Assembly (NCBI GenBank): GCA_029953675.1
Contig: JAMWBK010000008.1
Span: 868,001 to 932,000 of the forward strand
Reading direction: 5' to 3'
Length of the DNA stretch: 64,000 nt
Source: Rhodosorus marinus CCMP1338
Lineage: Eukaryota; Plantae; Rhodophyta
A model generated the notes under the pieces. It made no database searches, was not told the origin of the DNA, and worked only from the letters and a program-made list of their open reading frames with translations. Both the position numbers and the translations under genes were made by a program. Positions 59,358 through 64,000 of the stretch are shown here, in pieces (positions within the stretch are counted from its first letter, which is position 1; each line of letters opens with the position of its first letter).

Positions 59358-61043
59358 ATGGAGGTTGGGACTGAGTTTCTTGACATTTCCCTTGCAAAGA
59401 GAGCCGTGAAGGAATATTGTAGTGTTTCTGTATTGCCTTACTTCGTGGAGAGGAGCGATAAAGGCATTTTTATTGTACGATGCCCCAAAGCTAGGGATGG
59501 GAAGTATTGTCCTTTTAGAATACACATCGCTAGGAAGAGGTCTGGCGCTTTCCACGTGAAAAGACATGTTAAGCACGATGAGTATTGTATTGTGGAACCG
59601 AAGCTCAACCAACTGTTGACCGTTACTGAAGCACGTATCCTGCTCAGCAAGGAGGAAGATGTGGCTGCGAGGGACCTGGTGTCTTCAATCAAAAAAAAAT
59701 ACGCGGTTGATACTCCATACAAGACTGCTTGGAGAGCTCTAGCAATCGCAAAGCACCAATACGCTGTTGAGGATGGGAAGTCCTTCCAGAGGATTTCGGG
59801 CTATCTCGCAGCAGTGAAACGCGAAAATCCGGGAACCTTTGCCGGCGCCGAGAGGACTGACGAGGGCGAGTTTCTTCGGGCTTTTGCTTGCCTGGCGGCC
59901 TCCATCAATGCGATCCAGTTCGCACGCCCAATATTATTTATTGACCGTTTTCAGATTAAATCCAGTTTCGGAGGGACGCTAGTCGGTGCTACGACTCAGG
60001 ATGGCACCGGAGAGACCATACCAATTGCAATCGGACTTTGCCCTATCGACAACGAGGCAAACTGGACTTGGTTTCTGGAAAAGATCTTCATGGCGCTGCC
60101 GGAGCTCAATCGTGGACACGTTACGGTGCTCCATGACAGGAGGGATGGTCTTTCGAGGGCGATTCAAGGCGTGCTGCCCTTGACACATGAAGCAATTTGC
60201 TGCAACGGGTTGGAGAACGAGCTGAAGAATATTTCCAAAAAGTGCATACCTCTGTTTTGGAAAGCGGCTAAAGTCTTCAACCCAGCGTCTTTTACGGAAG
60301 AGATGCAAAGGATTGGCGAGATAAGCCCGGAGGCGTACGAGTTTTTGGTCAAGAGCAAGCCCATTCTATGGTCCACTGCGATGGCATCAGTTTCACGATT
60401 CGGAATAGTCACCGGCACTGCTGCAGAATCGCGAAATTCGTGGTACAAAGAATTTCGAGGGATCGGTCACCTTCGCATCTTGATGAGGTTCGTGGAGAAG
60501 GTTGGAACTGGTCAAGTCAAAGGATCTGCGCGCATGAAGGACGAGTTGGACCGGGTCACGAGAAATACAATGTCGATCTTCAAGGAAAATCTGGCCAAGG
60601 GAAGTCTGCTTCAGCTAACCTCATTCAGCGAAGATGCGTTCATCGTTGCTGATAATGCACTGTCGCAGGCCACCGTAGGACTTGACCGAGTGGTGAAGCT
60701 TAACCAAAAGACATGCTCTTGCGGTGAGTTTCAGATAATGTCTTTCCCTTGTATACATGCGGCCACGGCCATTCAATTCCGAGGGGATGATCCAACTCTG
60801 TACATGCACGAAACGTATCGGGTCAACTACTTGAAGAATGTGTACTCCGTCAAAGTAGTACCAATCGATTTGTACACTGACTCAGGTCCTTGCGATGGGA
60901 TGAAACCTCCAAAAAACGACATCAGAAAGCTGGCTAAGAAGAAAACTAGTCAAGCGACAACCACGACCATGACCGCAAAATCTATAACGTGCTCGAGATG
61001 CGGCAGCACTGGACATAACTCTCGCACGTGCACTGCAAACTAA
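59358..61043 (+). CDS. Mutator-like (MULE/MuDRA-type) transposase, intact ORF, possibly domesticated
   Basis: MuDR-like N-terminus. MULE core FIDRFQIKSSFGGTLVGATTQDG...IPIAIG...NWTWFL...HDRRDGL...TAAESRNS. SWIM finger CSCGEFQIMSFPCIHA and C-terminal knuckle CSRCGSTGHNSRTC. Confidence 0.92.
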   Translation: MEVGTEFLDISLAKRAVKEYCSVSVLPYFVERSDKGIFIVRCPKARDGKYCPFRIHIARKRSGAFHVKRHVKHDEYCIVEPKLNQLLTVTEARILLSKEEDVAARDLVSSIKKKYAVDTPYKTAWRALAIAKHQYAVEDGKSFQRISGYLAAVKRENPGTFAGAERTDEGEFLRAFACLAASINAIQFARPILFIDRFQIKSSFGGTLVGATTQDGTGETIPIAIGLCPIDNEANWTWFLEKIFMALPELNRGHVTVLHDRRDGLSRAIQGVLPLTHEAICCNGLENELKNISKKCIPLFWKAAKVFNPASFTEEMQRIGEISPEAYEFLVKSKPILWSTAMASVSRFGIVTGTAAESRNSWYKEFRGIGHLRILMRFVEKVGTGQVKGSARMKDELDRVTRNTMSIFKENLAKGSLLQLTSFSEDAFIVADNALSQATVGLDRVVKLNQKTCSCGEFQIMSFPCIHAATAIQFRGDDPTLYMHETYRVNYLKNVYSVKVVPIDLYTDSGPCDGMKPPKNDIRKLAKKKTSQATTTTMTAKSITCSRCGSTGHNSRTCTAN

Positions 61044-62176
61044 TTTACTTCGAATAGGACTACCAAATGAATTTAACCTAACGTTTTTTATCGAACAGAT
61101 CGCTAAGCGCACAGAGCACAGTGAGTCACATCGACTCTACCACTCGTCAGAAATCGGCTGAGAAGTTTCCCCCTGGTGCCAAGCAGTGGCTGTCCTGCCT
61201 CTTTCTCGGCCCTGTTATCTTTTGGAACTTGGATTCATTGTCACATGTCAGTGCTTCCACTGAACCTGGTAGATGATGGAAGACTTAAACCAACGAGAAC
61301 CCTAACCTTTATAGTCTCCCTGGGAGGAGCTCTGATACAGCTAAGATTCTTTGTGAGGAGGAAAACCCTCAGATAACTTAATAAGAGCTAGAGAGATTGA
61401 ATTCGTGGAAGGCGCTGTGAGAGCATGATTCCTAGTGACCTAGCAATCCTCAGTCTTCACTCTTCCCTGTTCCTCAAGGCCACAACACACTGGAGCTCTA
61501 TCTCGAGGGTGTAACAACATCCGTACCCATGCAGTAGACCTTAAACCATCACTGGGAGGGGAACTACTCTTTGCTGAGCCAGTGAGCAATGTCAGCGCAA
61601 GAAACTCGTTCAGATGACGTGTTGCGACGCCTCAACACACCAGCTTTTCTATATCGTTAACAGGTTTTCAAGCGAAAGATTGGTGTACATTTAGGATCAT
61701 ATAGGGGCGTCCCTTACACATCTATACCAGAAAGATCCATACCCTTGCACTGTACGTAAAACCAACGCGAAGACGGGATGAGCTTTGATAGCTCACTGCA
61801 AAGCGAGAGGTACAGAAAACTCGTTCTTCAGATGATGAGTTTATAGAGGTCGGTCTGAAACCGCGTCCCACCCTTCACACGCTGACACGGCTCACCATAT
61901 TCTTGTACTCTACTGGTAGTTCATAAACTAGCTTCAGAAGCAAAAGTTAAAATAGCGGGAGCTGTGGAGGCGATGACCAAACCGAGCCCATTCCATGACA
62001 CATGTCTACATCATATATACAGCCCACGTGTTCTTTCCCAAAGTGAAAATGATCGTCGCCTCTTGCGAGTGACCTACAGTCATAAGCATAAAAAAAAGGG
62101 TTACTCCGTAAAACTATCGTCATCCGTATATTCAGAGCCTAGCTACTCTGAGAAGCGAGAAACAAGACGCTGATGT

Positions 62177-62290
62177 GTTTCCTATCGCCTTTGCCAAACT
62201 GCTCGGTGAGGTCTCTCACCATTGGTATTTTGTTTTTTGGGTTTCCTATCACCTTTGCCACAACTGCTACTTCGGGTCTTTCACCATTGG
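62177..62290. repeat. Imperfect direct repeat of about 50 bp
   Basis: gtttcctatc.cctttgcca...ctgct...ggtct.tcaccattgg at 62177 and 62241. Confidence 0.75.
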
Positions 62291-63392
62291 CAGCCAATGT
62301 CCGTCTCCGATCAGGAAAACGTTTCTGAGCTTAACAATATCTCATGCAATCTAAAAATTCTGCATTTCCCTTGCCTTCTCCTCCCCCCCCCCTTTTAAGA
62401 ATATTGCCAAGCCACGAAAACTGTATTTATCAATTGAATATATCATCTTTCCCAGAACGACAGACGACATGTTCCCCCCCTCCTTCAACCAAACATTTGG
62501 GAGCTAAAACTCTATAAAATTTTAGAGCATGACCAAAATTTCTACAAAAAAGGACGGAATTGTTTAACCAAATTAAAAAAAATTAGTCGTCCGTTTCGAT
62601 ATTTTTTATTCTTTTCAAAAAAAAAAGCGTTTCACATCAGTTCGGTACGATGGGAAAAGGCAGGATTACAACGTGTGGAGAGCAGGAAACCCTCCTGAAT
62701 GAATTTCCATTAAAAATAATCAATTGATGTCAATTTTCTGTTAAAGGGGGGGGTGGCTCATTTTTGTTTGGATGCGTATGAGATATATTTCGTTTTGGAG
62801 AGAATATTCGATGAGCTACGGAGGTTACTAGGAAAAGGAATGGATGAGTTTTTTGTTTTGAGATTATTTTAGAGATCTTATTATTGTGACCTGTCCTCTA
62901 GTTATTCCTGTACCGCCCAGGGGTAAAGTTACGTATCCGGGGGAAATGGATGACTCCATTCGAGGTCTGCGTATAAAAAGAGAACTAGGTTTCTGGTTTA
63001 GGGTTTTGCGGTGTGGGGAAGGTTTTGGACGGGAGCTTTTTGGTGAGAGAGAAAGGGATGAATTAGAGAGAAGGTTTTGGGGAACAAGGAAGGAGGACGA
63101 GGTGTTAAGTGAGGAGGATTTTTTTTTAGTTTTGTTTTCCAGATGGCGACGACCTTGAGAAGATGGGGTTTTCTAGTGTAGGATTCTGACTTGCTTTTGT
63201 TTTGCGTATTTTGGTTTTTGGGCAAGGACTGGGGTTGTAGGATAGGTAGGAGGTTGGAACTTTTTGTCTGCGGTTGAGAAGCTTTCTTTGTTGGAGGCTG
63301 TGTTCGACTGCAGCGCCCCTGGGTGCAGCTTTTCAAGTAGTCGAGCTCGCGGAGAGCAACTGACGTGCAAGTTGCGTTTGCTTCTGGCAAGG

Positions 63393-64000
63393 ATGGAACA
63401 GCTAGGGTTCTGTGAGGTGGCTGGGTTCTGGATTACCAGGCGGAAAAATGGTAGCTGTAGCGTTAGAGCAGGCTTTCGTGAGCCTAAATGGAGACCACGG
63501 ATTGGAAGACAGATACTCCGCGCAACAATAGACATTGCTGATTTTGAGGTGCAGGAGAGTGATGAGGTTCCAACTGAGCGCTGTTTGTAAGTAGCTTTGA
63601 ATGTCGCTCGATGTCGGAATAGGCATCGCCGCCGGAATTGTATTCAATGTTGTCTTGACTAAAAATTGCCATCTGCTTTGTGTTCACAACAGGTACGACG
63701 TTCGTATGGCTGGGGGAGGATGTGATTTGTTCACCGCGGCGGATTTGAGAAGCAGATGCTTTCGGCAGAATGAGGAAGACAGCATCAGCTTTTTTCAGTA
63801 CAGAAAGGCGGTGCTAGAATGGATGTACAATAGCATGCAGAGGGACGACTCCTTCTGCTTCGTTGCTGCGGAGACTGGTGCCCCCCGAGAGAAAAGCGTT
63901 ATAGGCACATTGGACGCAACCCTGCACCAATCCTCAAACGTGAGTCCCGACGCATGGACGCATCTTCTTTAAGTTCTGGAGTTGTCTGACCTGTGAAATC
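63393..64000 (+). CDS. Probable plastid GNAT acetyltransferase, 3'-partial; exons 63393..63586 and 63693 onward
   Basis: Transit-peptide-like MEQLGFC start. ADLRSRCF and CFVAAE...VIGTLDAT resemble plastid GNAT strands. The gene runs off the window, so the acetyl-CoA motif is not seen. Confidence 0.55.

Noticed and set aside
58800-62600. Terminal inverted repeats of the MULE
   Set aside because: None visible by eye. A self dot-plot is needed to exclude degenerate TIRs.

Overview
Gene-dense eukaryotic nuclear DNA. It has short GT-AG introns (mostly 65-110 bp), plastid transit-peptide-like N-termini (MAFV/MGFV), plant-type DapB, a split ATP-citrate lyase, BIN4 and a tandem BRK-type protein. These point to a unicellular red alga or a related red-lineage alga (inference). 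About 19 protein genes can be supported: RBM39, a 2xBRK protein, a convergent pair of paralogous winged-helix proteins flanking an RWD/F-box/WD40 gene, ACLB, kinesin-4, RPT1/PSMC2, COPE, DapB, a mitochondrial carrier, an OPR-AlkB fusion, an At1g16080-like protein, NOP53, CHMP1, BIN4, a MULE transposase, a GNAT, and several orphans. Mobile DNA: a rearranged chromovirus (Ty3/gypsy) with both LTRs and a 5-bp TSD, a solo LTR of the same family, and a copia 3' remnant. Most interesting observations: (1) an old, strongly constrained pair of putative HARE-HTH-like transcription factors; (2) a 3'-defective tRNA-Phe fused head-to-head, at its mature 5' nucleotide, to a half TDP1 gene; (3) an octotricopeptide-like repeat plus AlkB dioxygenase with a plastid-type leader; (4) a gypsy element whose internal inverted duplications would give long hairpin RNA; (5) a stem-loop enclosing the 3' splice site of a SAP-like last exon of the kinesin; (6) a marked sense-strand G+T skew at gene 5' ends. 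Exon structures were derived by hand from splice motifs and reading-frame continuity. No searches or alignments were run.
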